A stretch of 63,315 nt of DNA, the filler included, from Hyphochytrium catenoides (taxonomy: Eukaryota; Protista; Hyphochytriomycota), in NCBI GenBank assembly GCA_900088475.1. It is 10 parts of 10 records of this genome, joined end to end, with 100 filler letters (N's around TTAATTAATTAA, not from the genome) between each part and the next. Parts side by side here need not be neighbours in the genome. Positions count along the whole stretch, not along the records: positions 30,638 to 39,124 come from FLMG01004295.1; positions 39,225 to 43,606 come from FLMG01003940.1; positions 43,707 to 52,494 come from FLMG01002578.1; 7 more parts are not named here. One strand, given 5' to 3'. Each line of letters starts with the position of its first letter. Position 1 is the first letter of the stretch. This document shows positions 38,230 through 51,632 of the stretch, piece by piece. Below the pieces are notes generated by a model. That model was given only the letters and a program-made list of their open reading frames with translations, made no database searches and was not told where the DNA came from. The translations under genes and the position numbers were made by a program.

Positions 38230-38894
38230 GAATGACGAGCCATCAATCATCTCTAGGAAAACATGCACTTCTTCTTGACTTCTGACTCTTCTTCCACCTC
38301 CATGGTAACTATCACCTTGCGCGTTATATACCACTCTCGTAGTCGGTGGTAATATGAACTTTCAGTCAATACTCGTCACTAACTTTATCCTGGTAGTTGG
38401 TAGTGATATTTTAAATCTATATAGTTCTATTGGCTACGCTTGATGATAAAGGGCATGTAATGGAATAGTATTCGTAATATAGAGGTTGGATATTGAACTC
38501 TGGCACTTCGATAAAACACGTACGGTATCTACCTTAATGGCCATCTTTTTCCCATTCGTTTTTTTGACTCCAATCCATCCAAGTCCTGATTGTTTCCCCT
38601 CTGCTTCCTTTCTTGTTGTTCAAGCCAACCTGATCGTATTCCTCCTAAAGGTTAGGGAAGACGGCTGTCAAGTTTTGGACTCCCGCAATCACTCCACCCT
38701 TCCCTCAACCTGTCAGTTGCCTGAAGATATTCCGTGCTTCTGAGACCTTCTGCTACAAGATGAACAAAAAAATCTTAGGTTTCTCTGTTTCTGACCCTTG
38801 AGAAGCAGTAATACGAGGCCTAATATTGCTAAGAGGTTCTATTCTATACAAGTTGGAATAGTAATAGTATGCTCCTGTCTCAGGTCCACTGCTC

Positions 38895-39032
38895 CACACG
38901 CTAGTTACCAAGGTTAATAAAAAACCAAATAAATACAAGCAACACTGGTTATCAGTCGTCTATCTTGGAATGCTTCACACCCTAGTTACCACGGCTAAAA
39001 GATCAAAGAAATACAAGCAACACTGGTTATCA
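38895..39032. repeat. Tandem duplication with a period of about 80 bp
   Basis: AAATACAAGCAACACTGGTTATCA at 38931-38954 and 39009-39032, each preceded by CACAC(G/C)CTAGTTACCA. Confidence 0.85.
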
Positions 39033-40899
39033 ATTATGCCCTTGGCCTTCAGGTCAAGGGTCTGAAACGCGAAATTGTGTGTGTGTGTGTGTGTGTATGT
39101 GTGTGCGCGGTAGCTGAGCAATCTNNNNNNNNNNNNNNNNNNNNNNNNNNNNNNNNNNNNNNNNNNNNTTAATTAATTAANNNNNNNNNNNNNNNNNNNN
39201 NNNNNNNNNNNNNNNNNNNNNNNNAAAGAGAGCGGCGTCGTTGTGTGAGATTGTAGGGACAAAGAGTCAACCGCCACGCTGCCATGACTGACTGACGGAC
39301 AGTAGAAGCAACTGAAATAGGAGGAATCCTTCACACAGCACAGAGCATCGAACGAGTCCAACGAGAAACGAGCGCATCAGCAGGCTCAAACTGAAAACAA
39401 GGAAAGTGAATTTAACTCTCCTGCTCATCCGCTTTGGGCCCTATCGTCATCAGTCAACTTCAGCCACTGTCGATATTTGAGCTGCAAAAGAGGAGCCGTC
39501 CGGTGGTAGTGGCGTTTATCCCTTCGTCGCGAACTCTCTGCTCCCTCTCCCCAAATAAAGAGCCACCCAGCGGATCAACCTGATCCTTCATCATTGATGA
39601 TGGGCGGCAGCAATATTATTACTTGAGAGCGTTCTTATTGGTGGTTAAGACCACTGATCCCCAGCTTGGTCTCCTCGGACCTTTCTAGGGAAAGGCTGGG
39701 CAGTGGCTTCTTCTCAACTGGATATAAAGTAGACGGGCCAGGCGCCTGCAGACAGAGATCTCAGCGCCCCGATGATACCCCTCTCCCAAAGTAGGAGGAA
39801 GCTGCTGTGATGATCTGCAAGTGTTGAGTTCCGCCTAGTTGTCTGCAGTGGGGACTGGTAACGGCTGACTCCTTCCAAGGGGGAGTGCTGGGGTTCTACG
39901 TACAATGAGGATGATGATCGCTTGCCTTTGGTACAGGCGAGCGAGCTGCAGAAGGACCTCCCAAAGGCGATAACAGAGCGATTGATAAAGGCCCGCCGGC
40001 TGCCCCAGCAAAAATTGCCAGCAGTCCCAGGAAGAAAGGTGCAGTCAGACGAGACTCTACGAGCGGGGATGTTGTGAGGGCGGAGGAAGCAATAAGGGGT
40101 AGCTGTAGAAGAAGCTGCTGCTGTCTATACGATGGGTCAGGATCAAAGCTGTTGGATGGCTAGTATATCCATCTGCTGAATACTTCTCCACCTCGGACAC
40201 AGACGCCAGATGTCACATTGCTGTCGGAGAGACAAGTCTTTGTGGACGATATGTATCAAAGCGACACGATGACATCTCTCCTGCTGATGACCTCGTCATC
40301 TGCATTATGTCTCTCTCTTTTGTCTCGCTGTGCCCCTTCTGCTGCTCTTTTTGATTTTCTCTCTATTTGTCCCTTGCCTGTCATTCGTGTGTAGTCTCTA
40401 TATTCTTGGTTGTCTTATCTGTTTGTGTAGGTGTCTCTTCTGTTCTTTGAANNNNNNNNNNNNNNNNNNNNNNNNNNNNNNNNNNNNNNNNNNNNNNNNN
40501 NNCTCACTTGCTTTAGCGCTTTCAAGTCTCTCCTCAGCAGGTTCTATCTTTGTACAATCTGCAGTGAAGCATCATGACTTTAGCAGCTGTTTTGCTACCG
40601 CCGCCTCCGCGGTGCTAGGAGAAAGCTGAGTAAGCCTTTTCACCACTATTCAGCCAAGACTACTAGGCAGGGAAACAGAAGAGAGGGATGCAATGCATGT
40701 GGCTTAATAGGGAGTGCCCCGTGCCTTTCCTCACCATGCNNNNNNNNNNNNNNNNNNNNNNNNAGGCAGTCACAGCAGGTACCAGGTGGCAGGCTAGCCT
40801 GGAGTCACCGCCAAGTTTGAAGTTCTCGTTGACAGCGGAGGTGGAGGGCGCCAGCAAAGAGGGAATATAGAGTAAAGTCTGCAACAACTTCTCAAGACT

Positions 40900-43050
40900 A
40901 AGGTCCTTTATACTGATCCATCATTCTGTTTTTCTCCATCATATTTGCCTCCTCTCTTTCTGTTCCGCCTTGCTTTCTTACTTTGACTCTCTTTCTCTTC
41001 TCCTTATTTATTATGTTGCTCTATATCTCCCTCTCCTGTTCAAATTGGCCCTCTGCCTTCTCTTTTCGGTCATACCTGGCCTCTTCCCTACCTAGTGCTG
41101 GGTCTTTCCTCTTCCTCTCTTCTTATCTCTCTTCACCATGACTGCCTTTCTGCTTACTCTTCCTCCTCCAGCAGGCCTTCTTCTTGCTTCTCTTTCTCCT
41201 CTCCCTAGTTATTTTCTCTTTCTGTCGCTGTTCGCAGATAGATAGGCAGAGCACCAAGAGAGACACAGTCATTCATTGACACATAATCATCATCAAGTCC
41301 CTTTGTTACATTTACATCTAGACAAAGCTCCAGACATCATCAACATCTAGCTCTGCTAAAGGCCGTCAGGTTTCTCTTCACTCCCTCCTTTCTCGCGTGT
41401 GTCTGTCTCTCTTCCTGTCTTCTGATTCTCTCTCTCTCTCTCCTCTCAGCAGTCCAAATCTCCCTCAGTTTCTTTCCTCCTCGTTTTCTCGCTTTTATTC
41501 TCCTCCTTTATTCTTCTTTGCACGCTCTCTCCCTCCTCGTTCAATGTCACCGACCTTTTCCCTCCTCAATCATGAACCTTCCTATCCTCTCCCTCTCGCT
41601 GCTACTCTCCCAATCGCTTTCAAATTGGCATCACGCATAACTCCGCTCTGTCTTCTTTATGATAGGTTGACATAGAGCCAAGCACGAGATTCATGTCAGA
41701 ATTGGGTTGCGCTCCCTGAGAACTTTGATCAGGTAGAGTGAAGATGTAGAGAAGGAGAGTAAAGATTTATCTTCTCAGGTTGACTCGCCTCCCATCGCCT
41801 TCACCATGACCCTCTCTCTCGTTGTGTCGTCTGTCTGTCTTTCTCTCTTCTCGCTCTTTCCTTTCTCCTTTCCTTCCTCTCATCTCTTCCTGGTCTTTCG
41901 TCTTTCCCTCAGTGCCCCCCCCTCCTTTTCGCTCTCTACACTCCTTAACTTCGTCTAGTTCTACCCTGTAATAGGAGATATATGAACCATCGCTTTCCGC
42001 CTCACCAGGTCTCACCACGTGCCTCTCTTTNNNNNNNNNNNNNNNNNNNNNNNNNNNNNNNNNNNNNNNNNNNNNNNNNNNNNNTCCTCCTGGTGATCTC
42101 TTGTTGGTGCCTCTAAGTTCAATCTCCCTTGGTGTCTCTATCGCTTGGGGGCTGATAAGTAATCTGTAAGCTGCTGCATGTTCCACTTGTCTGGATAGGC
42201 CCTCCATGTCCCATTTGCCTTCTTAGGGTTCTAACAACACTTGCTCTTTCTGTTGTCTTCCGTGTCTGCCATCTTTGGGTGGTTCTCTCAGCTTGATCTC
42301 CGTCTTGTTGGCGCACTCTTACTCGGCTCTTCTCCGTATATATTGGTTCATTCAAGCCGGATCTCATCTCCTTCATTTTGCCCTCTTGGCTACCCTTCCT
42401 TGTCCTGGTGAATGGCTCACCATTCTTCGCTTTCTTGTAAGCCTTTCCTACATCCGACTGCCCCCTTGAGCTTCGCTTTCTCTTCTTGCTTTAGATTGCT
42501 TAGCCTTGATTGCTGTCCTAGCTGGCCGTACTCTCACAATCTATTCAGCCCTCCTTCCCTTCCACGCTGCTGCTTTGCTGATCATAAATACTGAACAAAA
42601 CCTAATAGCCCTCCTCCCCCGAAGTCAGTGTCTCTTTTCACTCGAGGCCCTCCGCCTCCCTCTCCTCTGTCTCTTTTGTGCTCTCTGTCTCGTCGAAGGT
42701 AAATCATGCTTTCCTTGCTTTCCGTCCGTCTGCTCCCACTGGACATTTCCTACCTGTTGCTCTTAATTTTCTTTACCTCCGCAATCTTCCTCTTTGCGCT
42801 CTCATTGAGACGATAGTCTTTTAGTCATACACATAACCTTCCTAGCCCCTAATACGTTGTATAGGGTGAGCCTTCAATAGCTATCCCGGTACTTCTTTCT
42901 TCCGCTGCTTTTGACACTGTTTCTTTGATATTGAGCTCCCTATCACCTCCCTTTGGTGTATGTGCCCTCTCATCCCGGGCATTCTTCTGTCTCTAAAATC
43001 AGCACCCTACTGTATATATGGCGGGCATCGCTTTTCTTGCTGCTTCTGAA
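40900..43050 (-). pseudogene. Possible heavily decayed non-LTR retrotransposon remnant
   Basis: Purine-rich minus strand with broken frames; ELNIKETV...IEGSPYTTY*GLG weakly resembles late RT motifs (GLxxNxxKT...YLG). No YADD motif seen. Confidence 0.25.
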
Positions 43051-44103
43051 TTAGCACTTCCAGAAAAGGAAATAAAAGAAAAGGATAGAAGCAATCATAA
43101 CAATAAAAGGAGAACCCTGCTACGAAGTCTTGGTCTGTCTAATGCTCGGTCCACCATCAAGATAGGAAAGGAGTCATCATAGCTGATCTCCTCAGCACTT
43201 ACAATAGGAGAGAGAGGAGGAAGAGAGGGCAGACAAGACCATCATAACTCTCCGAGTAGGCGAGCAAGAGAAAGGGTACTGCTGAGGATGCTTTACTAAA
43301 ATATCAGCGCATTTGTTCTGGCACGCGGTGGCTGCCATTACGGGATGGGGCTGACTTCGCTCCTCCGACTCAGATTTGCTCGTCGGTCAGCATCAGCCTT
43401 TGGCGCCTGCCCAGAACCTAGACACAGTGGCAATAGAGAAGGCAGGCAGGCACAGCTGACTACACCCATGCAGCAGCGCAGTAGAAATATTGAGCACCTT
43501 CCCGCTTTCGCTGCTTACTGCAGAGAATATGGTTCCAACGAGATGCCCAGGACGGCAAAACAAAGGCCACCACCCTTTGGAAGCTCAGCGCAGTTCTCTG
43601 GCTTCANNNNNNNNNNNNNNNNNNNNNNNNNNNNNNNNNNNNNNNNNNNNTTAATTAATTAANNNNNNNNNNNNNNNNNNNNNNNNNNNNNNNNNNNNNN
43701 NNNNNNGAGAGAGAGAGAGAGAGAAGAGGGAAGAAGAAAACATAGGAGGAAGAGAGAAAGAGAGAGGCACAAGAGAGAAAAGGGTTAGTCATCAGCTTTC
43801 TCCCCCTTTATACTGTCAAACACCTGGTCCATTGTACACCTTCTTTCTCTTTTCTCTCTCTCTCTCTCTTTCCCTCTCTCTCTCTCTCCCTCTCTATTAT
43901 CGACCCTTTCCTTCTCTTCATGTTGTTAGCATCCTCGATGCGTCTTCCCTAACTTCCTCATGACCTTCCTCGTCCCTCTTCTATCCCTCTCCCCTCTCTC
44001 TCCAAGTCTGTTTGTTCTGGTACCTCTCGTTAGTCTCTCTCCCTCTCTTTTTCTCTCTTCCCTGTCTCACACTGACTCTCTTTCCCTCCATTCTTATTCC
44101 TCA

Positions 44104-44158
<55 letters not shown>

Positions 44159-44206
44159 CCACACTTCTCCCTCCATATCTCTCTATTTCTCTCCATTTCG
44201 TTTCCT

Positions 44207-44238
<32 letters not shown>

Positions 44239-44297
44239 TTCTCTCTCTGCCTCTCTGCCTCTCTGCCTCTCTCTCTCTCTCTCTTTCTCTCTCTCAC

Positions 44298-45914
44298 CTG
44301 CATGTTAGCGTTAAGCAGTCCTTTATATTTGCAGAAGAGAGAGTAGTCGTCCATGTGGTAGAGGCGCAGGCGAGAGTCATTCGTGGTGACGAGAAGCTTC
44401 CCTCCCCCGGGGACAAACTGCAGACCTGTCACCTTTCTCCCTTTCTTCTGAGGACCCCGGCGGTTCCGACACTCGATCTGGGTGTAGTACCTACAGGAGA
44501 GAGAGAGAGAGAGAAAGAGAGAGACAGAGAGAAAGTAGGGGTAACATAGGAGATAAATCGAGAGGAAAGAGAGAGATATTAGGGGTAGCATAGGAGATAA
44601 ATCGAGAGAGGGGAGAGAGAGAGAGAGAAGGGAAGAGAGAGAGAGAAAAGCGAGATGGGAGAGAGAGAAAGAGAAAGAAGAAACGCGAGAGAAATGAGAA
44701 GTGAAGAAATGGGAAGAGAGGGGACGACAAGAAGAAAGGGATACCAAGAATCGGAAACGATTAAATGAGAGAAGGTTAGGAGAGAGAGAACAGAGAGAAG
44801 AGAGAGAGAGAGAGAGAGAACGAGGTGAGAGGTTTATACATGCCAAGGGGAGAGAGGATAGGTAACGAGCCACAGAGTCAAAGAGAAAGTGCGCGGAAAC
44901 CCAAAAATATTATAGGAAAGAGAAGGCTACAGTGGGTACACAAAGAGACGTGAGAAAGAGAGAGAAAGAGTCGCAGGGAAGAGAGAGAAAGAGAGAGAGA
45001 GAGAAAGAGTGCTGGCAAGAGGAAGAGAGCGAAAAAGCCAGAGGGGAAGGTTGAGAAGAAGAGACGTAGGGTTTGGCCCAGCGGGAGAAAGAGCGAAGAA
45101 GAAGAGAAGGATAGGGGAACCAAAGCAAAGAGACTGAGAAAGACATTGAAAAATGAGCAGAGAGAAAGGATAAGGGAAAGTAGATTAAAGACAGAGCAGA
45201 GGAGGGAGAGAGAGAAAGAAAGAGAGAGGACAGGAAGAAGAAGAGAAGGAAGGGCATGACAAGTAGCAGCGCAAAGCAGAAACGCACATACAGTGAGAGA
45301 GAGAGAGAGAGAGAGAGAGTGCGCGCAAGAGAGAGTGGGCCGAAGGGCGAGGGAGAGAGAGAAGGAGAGAGAGAGGAGAGAGACAGACAGAGAGAAGAAG
45401 AGAGAGAGAGAAGAAGAGAGAGAGAGAGAAGAGGAGAGAGAGAGAGAAGGAGAGAGAGAGAGGAGGAGATAGAGAGAAAGAGAGAGAGAGAATAGATGAA
45501 AGAGGAGGAGATAGAGAGAAAGAGAGAGAGAGAATAGATGAAAGAGAGAGCGAAGGAGAGAGAGAGAAGGAGAGAGAGAGAGAGAGAAACTAATCTCACG
45601 TGAGTCCCTCTGTTTGGTAGAAGAAGCACTGTCCATGGTAGAGCCCCGCGACCACGAGTGTGCCGCTGGGGTTGAAGGTGACGGCCGTGATCATGTCCGG
45701 CGCCTGCTTCCACTCCACCACCTTCCCATCAGGAATATTCCACAGACGGATTACAGAATCAAAGCAGCCGGAGATGAAATATCCGTCACGCTTAGGGTGG
45801 AAGTCGATGGAGGTGACGAAGTCGGGATGCTGGAGGGAGAGAGAGAGAGGGGGAAGAGAGAGAGAGGGAGAGAGCGAGAGAGAATATGCACAGCGAGAGA
45901 GAGAGAGAGGGGGA

Positions 45915-45947
<33 letters not shown>

Positions 45948-46276
45948 ACAGAAAGAGGTCCGGGAATGAGAAAGAGAGCAGAATCGAACAGGGAGGGAAA
46001 GGGGCAAGAGAGAGAACCAAGTGAGGGTCGGGAGAGAGAGAGAAAGAGACAAAGAAAGAGAAAGAGAACAGAGAGGCGGGAACGAGAAGAGTCAAGGTTG
46101 AGTGATAAGAAGAGGGCGTGGGAGAGAAAGGAGGATAGGATGAAGAAGAAAGAGAGAGACAGGGGCCAGGCAGTTATACGATAAGGCTAGAGAACGGAGA
46201 ATAAGCCCCGGGAACTAGCGGAGAAAACGCATGGCATTGAGAAGGAAGACAAGCAAGAAGAGAGAGAGAGACAAAA

Positions 46277-46307
<31 letters not shown>

Positions 46308-46442
46308 AGAGAGAGAGAGGGACTAGGACAATGAAAGAGGAAATCGGGGAAGACTTCCGCTCTGCCGCTGAGTAGCTCCCTTTCTCCCCATTATCAACTT
46401 TGTCTCGTGTTCTTTTTGCTCCTCTCTCTACCGTGTCTCCTC

Positions 46443-46509
<67 letters not shown>

Positions 46510-46681
46510 CTCTTTCTTACCTGAAATCTATGCAAGCAGTGGTCCCTGGAGACATGCCAGAGGCGGACACTTTTGTCCACAGACGCGGAGAGAAGAAAGT
46601 TGTCTCTGCTCCAGGCGAGCTCCACCACATCCTGAGTGTGACCCGTAAAGACGCGGTACGCCTCGCGAGAGAAGATCTCTT

Positions 46682-46713
<32 letters not shown>

Positions 46714-46775
46714 TCTTTCTCTTTTTGTATACCAAGTGAAGGCGAAGCGGCATTGCTTCCTGATGCAGGTCGACC

Positions 46776-46836
<61 letters not shown>

Positions 46837-46935
46837 GCTATTAATTGAAGGGGGAAGAGAGAGAAAAAGAGACAAAGAGAGAGACCAAAGAGACAAAGAG
46901 AGAGAACGAGAGAGACAGAGACAGAGAGAGAGAGA

Positions 46936-46973
<38 letters not shown>

Positions 46974-47193
46974 CGCCTACCATCAGCTGTCTCTCCCTCT
47001 TCTCCCCTGAGTCTCACTCTCCAGACCCTGACGAGAGAGTCTTGTCCTCCAGAGGCGAGAAACATTCCGTCCTGAGAGAACTTCAGGACCCAGACGGGGC
47101 CGCTGTGACCTCCCACACTCTGAACAGCCGTCAGGTCGCTGAACTCTTGAGAGTCTTTCGCCCGCTGACGGACTTTCACCACAGGAGACGAGG

Positions 47194-47228
<35 letters not shown>

Positions 47229-47759
47229 CAGACACGGGAAGCGCGAGAAGGTTAAGAGAGAGAAATGAAGAGAGAAAGTGATAAGGAGAAGGGGAGAGAG
47301 ACAAGAGAGCGCGCGCGAGAGAGAGAAAGAGAGAAGAAAAAAGAGAGAGNNNNNNNNNNNNNNNNNNNNNNNNNNNNNNNNNNNNNNNNNNNNNNNNNNN
47401 NNNNNNNNNNNNNNNNNNNNNNNNNNNNNNNNNNNNNNNNNNNNNNNNNNNNNNNNNNNNNGACAAGGTTAAGAGAGAGAAATGAAGAGAGCAAGTGGTA
47501 AACATAGGGAGAGAGAGACAAGAGCGCGCGCACGAGAGAGAGAGAGAGAAGAAAAATAAAAAATGAAAAAAAAACGAAGAGATAGAGATAGAGATAGATA
47601 GAGATAGATAGATAGATAGATGGATAGAGAGATAGAGAGAAAGAAAAGAAGAGTATAGAGAAAGGGATGTCATGAATGAGCGGCACTAGTATCTGAAAAT
47701 AATAAAAGGAGAGAGAAAGACAGCAAATCCTCACTTGATATTCATCAGAACCTCTTCCC

Positions 47760-47806
<47 letters not shown>

Positions 47807-48166
47807 GACATCAACCGGCTTACCTTCTGTTCTGCCGTGTGTCCCGCCTGTCTCATCTTCTTGTTGATGAGGCCGCCAAAGCCTTTCAATTTTTGCATCG
47901 GACTAGAGAGAGAGACTTTGGCACTGCTAGAGAGAGAAGCTTCTTCTTCTCCCTCTTCTTCTCCCTCTGTCTCTCTCTCTCCCTCTTCCTCGGGTTGGGC
48001 CTGTATCTCTTCCAGTTGTTGACGGGAAGGAAAGAGAGAGTAAGCTGCGGAGGGAAGATGCGCGTCCAGTTCTTCCAACTGGAAAGTCTCTCCTGTGTCT
48101 TTGTTCGTGATAACCGCCAGTGGCTCTGAGATAATTTCCCTTGCCGGGACTAGCGCAATTGTACAA

Positions 48167-48204
<38 letters not shown>

Positions 48205-48235
48205 CAGTGCGAGAGAGAGAGAGAAAGAAGGGGAG

Positions 48236-48277
<42 letters not shown>

Positions 48278-48835
48278 AGGGGAGGAGAGAGAGAGAGAGG
48301 GAGAGAAAGAGAGAGAGAAAGAGACAGAGGGAGAGAGAGAGATAGAAAAAGAAAGAGAAAGAAAGAGAGAGAAGAAGGGAAAGAAAGAGGAAGATAGGGA
48401 AGGAGTGAGGACACAAAACAGACAGCGAATTAGAGTTCAAGTCCATATTTCCATCCCCTTTTCCCCAATTTGGAACTTTTCTCTTCCTTTCTTCGTCCAT
48501 TTCTCCCTCTCTGTATCTCTTGCTCTCTCTCTCTGTCTTGTCTCTGTTCCTTGTCTCTCTTGTCACNNNNNNNNNNNNNNNNNNNNNNNNNNNNNNNNNN
48601 NNNNNNNNNNNNNNNNNNNNNNNNNNNNNNNNNNNNNNNNNNNNNNNNNNNNNNNNNNNNNNNNNNNNNNNNNNNNNNNNNNNNNNNNNNNNNNNNNNNN
48701 NNNNNNNNNNNNNNNNNNNNNNNNNNNTCGGTCATCCTTTCTCACCTGCGGAAGACTCTCCTGGCGCCATGGCCAGCATCGCATTTAGTTTCGCTTTTGA
48801 AAAAAAGACGCGAGAAGGCAGAACCAAAGAGAGGC

Positions 48836-48866
<31 letters not shown>

Positions 48867-50120
48867 AAGAGAGTGAGAGAAAGTGAGAGAGAAAGCCAAC
48901 GAAAGAAAAGAGAGAGAGAGAAAGGGGCAGAGAGAGAGAGAGAGAGGCATAGATAGATAGATAGATAGAAGAGAGAGAGAGAATAGGGAGATATAAGGGA
49001 AAGCCATCACGGGAGAGAGACACGGAAGCATTTCAGTTTCTAAAAGAACGGAAGAGAAGAACTCACGGAACTACGGGAAGCTCAAGAAAAAGATGAGAAA
49101 GAAAGAAGGAGAGAGAGACAGGGAGAAGAGCGAGCGAGAGAATGAGGAAGGCCAGCAAAAACCAGAGCGAAAGAGNNNNNNNNNNNNNNNNNNNNNNNNN
49201 NNNNNNNNNNNNNNNNNNNNNNNNNNNNNNNNNNNNNNNNNNNNNNNNNNNNNNNNNNNNNNNNNNNNNNNNNNNNNNNNNNNNNNNNNNNNNNNNNNNN
49301 NNNNNNNNNNAAGAAGAGAGGCGGTAACCGATCACCTGCAGGAAGAGACTGAAGGCCATCACTCTCTCTCGCTGTCTCGGGCGGCCGAACTGTCTCTCTC
49401 GGGGCCGATGCGCCTTCTCTCTCTTCTACTTTCTCCCCTATTTTCTTTTCTCTCTTCTCTCTTTCACTCTCTTCTAACTTCTCTTCCTCTTTCGTTTGCT
49501 CTTTGCCCAAAGTAGCGTGAGAAGAGGAGAGAGACGCCACTTTGCCTGGCTCTCTCTCTTTCGAAGTCTCTCCTGTCCCTAATCTTCGAGACGAGCCAGA
49601 GTTGGATCTCTGTCTCTCTTCATCGCAAGCATCGAAGAACTGAAGAGAGAGGAGAGAGACTCTTTAGGGTCAAAGGAAGAAATAGAGTGAGAGAGAGAGA
49701 GAGAGAAAAGAAGAAAGCCCATGGAGCTATGTGTGTGTGTGAGAGAGAGAGAGAGAACAAAAAGAAGATCATGGAGCTATGACAGAGAGAGAGAGAGAGA
49801 GTGAGAGACAGTGAATTGAGAAGAAGGTCAAAGAGAGAAGAGGGAGAGAGAGAGAGTCGAGGAAACAAAGCAATGGAGAGGAGACAGAAAAGCAAAGAGA
49901 CGGGCAGTTGCGAAGAGAGACACATACAACAGAGATGGGAGAGAGGATATCAGAGCGCGAGCACGAAAAGCGGTAGAAGAGAAAAAGAGGCAGAGAGAGA
50001 GAGAGAAGGAGAGACACAGAGAGACAGAGAGAACGAGAGACAGAGAGAGAGAGAGAGAGAAGGTTGGAGATGGATCTTTGCTCCGCTGACCTGATCGTCC
50101 TCATCTCCTTCGATGGCCAT
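44298..50120 (-). CDS. WDR44: WD repeat protein 44 (rabphilin-11) homologue, 3' truncated
   Basis: MAIEGDEDDQ|FFDACDEE, ITNKDTGETFQL, VKVRQRAKDSQEFSDL, HSGPVWVLKFSQDGMFLASGGQD, YRVFTGHTQDVVELAWS...SASVDKSVRLW, HPDFVTSIDFHP, GRKVTGL...LLVTTNDSRLRLY...CKYKG. Confidence 0.92.
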
Positions 50121-51600
50121 TTTGGCGAACAGAGGAGAGAAAGAAAGGAGCTTCTTAACCCTTTCTAAGGCTTACTTTCTGCTGATTCTTGAGAAAGTTT
50201 TGAGGAGAGAGAAAGAGAGAGAGAGAGAGAGGAATAAAGAGAGAGAGAGAGAGGCAATGCCGTTGTGTTGGAAAGACTACGTTCTTGACTCAAGCGCCTT
50301 ATAAAGCTAAAGACGGAGAGAGAGAAGCGAGAAGACACTGACGGCAAGAGTAGGAGAGAAGATGCAGAAAAAGACGAGGGGAAAGTGATGTTACAGACGG
50401 CTCCGGAGCCGAAGCTGCGGGCCTGATCGCCGCGGTTTATCCAGCTCTGGCTCAGTCTCTCTCTCTCTCTCTCTTCTCTCTCTCCTGTTCCTTATGCTCT
50501 TTCTCTCTCTTTCTCTCCCACTTTCTGTCCCTTTTACGCTTACGTTATCTTTCCCCCTTTCTTGCTAACCCTCTCTCTCTCTGTGTGTGTGTCTCTCTCT
50601 CTGTCTCTGTTTCTCTCTGTCTCTCTCTGTGTGTCTGTCTCACCCTTTTCTCCCGTTCTCTTTCTCCCCTCTCTTTCTCCCCTCTCTTTCTCTCTCCCTT
50701 TCTTTTTCTCTCTCTCTCTCCTTCTCTCTCTCTTTCCTTCTCTCTCTCTCTCTCTCTCTCTTTTTCTCTTTCTCCTTGTCTCTCTCTCTCTCTGTCTCCA
50801 TGCCGCTTCGCATGGTTCCTGTGAGTCAAACATTGCGACATCAGAGATCAGCTCAACCACCCACCCTTATAACATCATAGATAATATAGGCCACACTCTT
50901 GGCCCCACCCACCGTCCAGGTTGGGGAGTTACAAACAAAAGAGCTTGGCTGATGATACCTCAGTAGCCGCTAACGGCAATCTACAGTCAGGTCCTGAATG
51001 AACAGCCCAAGGCGGAGCTTGTGTTCTTGATAAAGCGATATGTATTAAAAACCAGAACGGTTTGCAGAACTCCTCCAGGGGAAATGTACACTCCTAGATC
51101 GCCCCCAGGAGTAGAAGGTGGGTTGGTATTTGACATCCGGTTTCCATCGTTTTTCTTGTGCTNNNNNNNNNNNNNNNNNNNNNNNNNNNNNNNNNNNNNN
51201 NNNNNNNNNNNNNNNNNNNNNNNNNNNNNNNNNNNNNNNNNNNNNNCTCTCTCTGGGGTCCCCCACTAACTCTCCTCGCTGTCTCTTTGTTTTCTTCCCC
51301 TGTCTTTTTCTGTCTCTCTTCCCTCTCGCATAATGCCTCTCTTTTTCTTGCAGCTGCCCTAATTCTTCCCTACACTCTTCTCTCTCTCTCTCTTTCTCTC
51401 TTTCCCGTCTCGCTCTCTCTCTCTCGTCGTACAGGGGCAGCGAGGAACCTTTTTCTGGATGAGAGAGAGAGAAGAGGACAGAACACAACGCGGCAGCAGC
51501 AGGAGAAACAGACGCCGAAGCATCAGTAAGGAAGTCTGACCCCAGCAAAGAGACGACCAGAGACAAGTGGAAGAGAGCGAGAGAGACTCATCAATAGAGA

Positions 51601-51632
<32 letters not shown>

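Noticed and set aside
47248-47545. Duplicated segment on both sides of an N gap
   Set aside because: Probably a scaffolding overlap or low-complexity intronic duplication; cannot be verified.
47731-47822. [17 protein letters not shown] as coding sequence of WDR44
   Set aside because: A strong donor AAG|GTAAGC at about 47823 joins in phase to the next exon (PSSPVVKVRQR), so the run is intronic.
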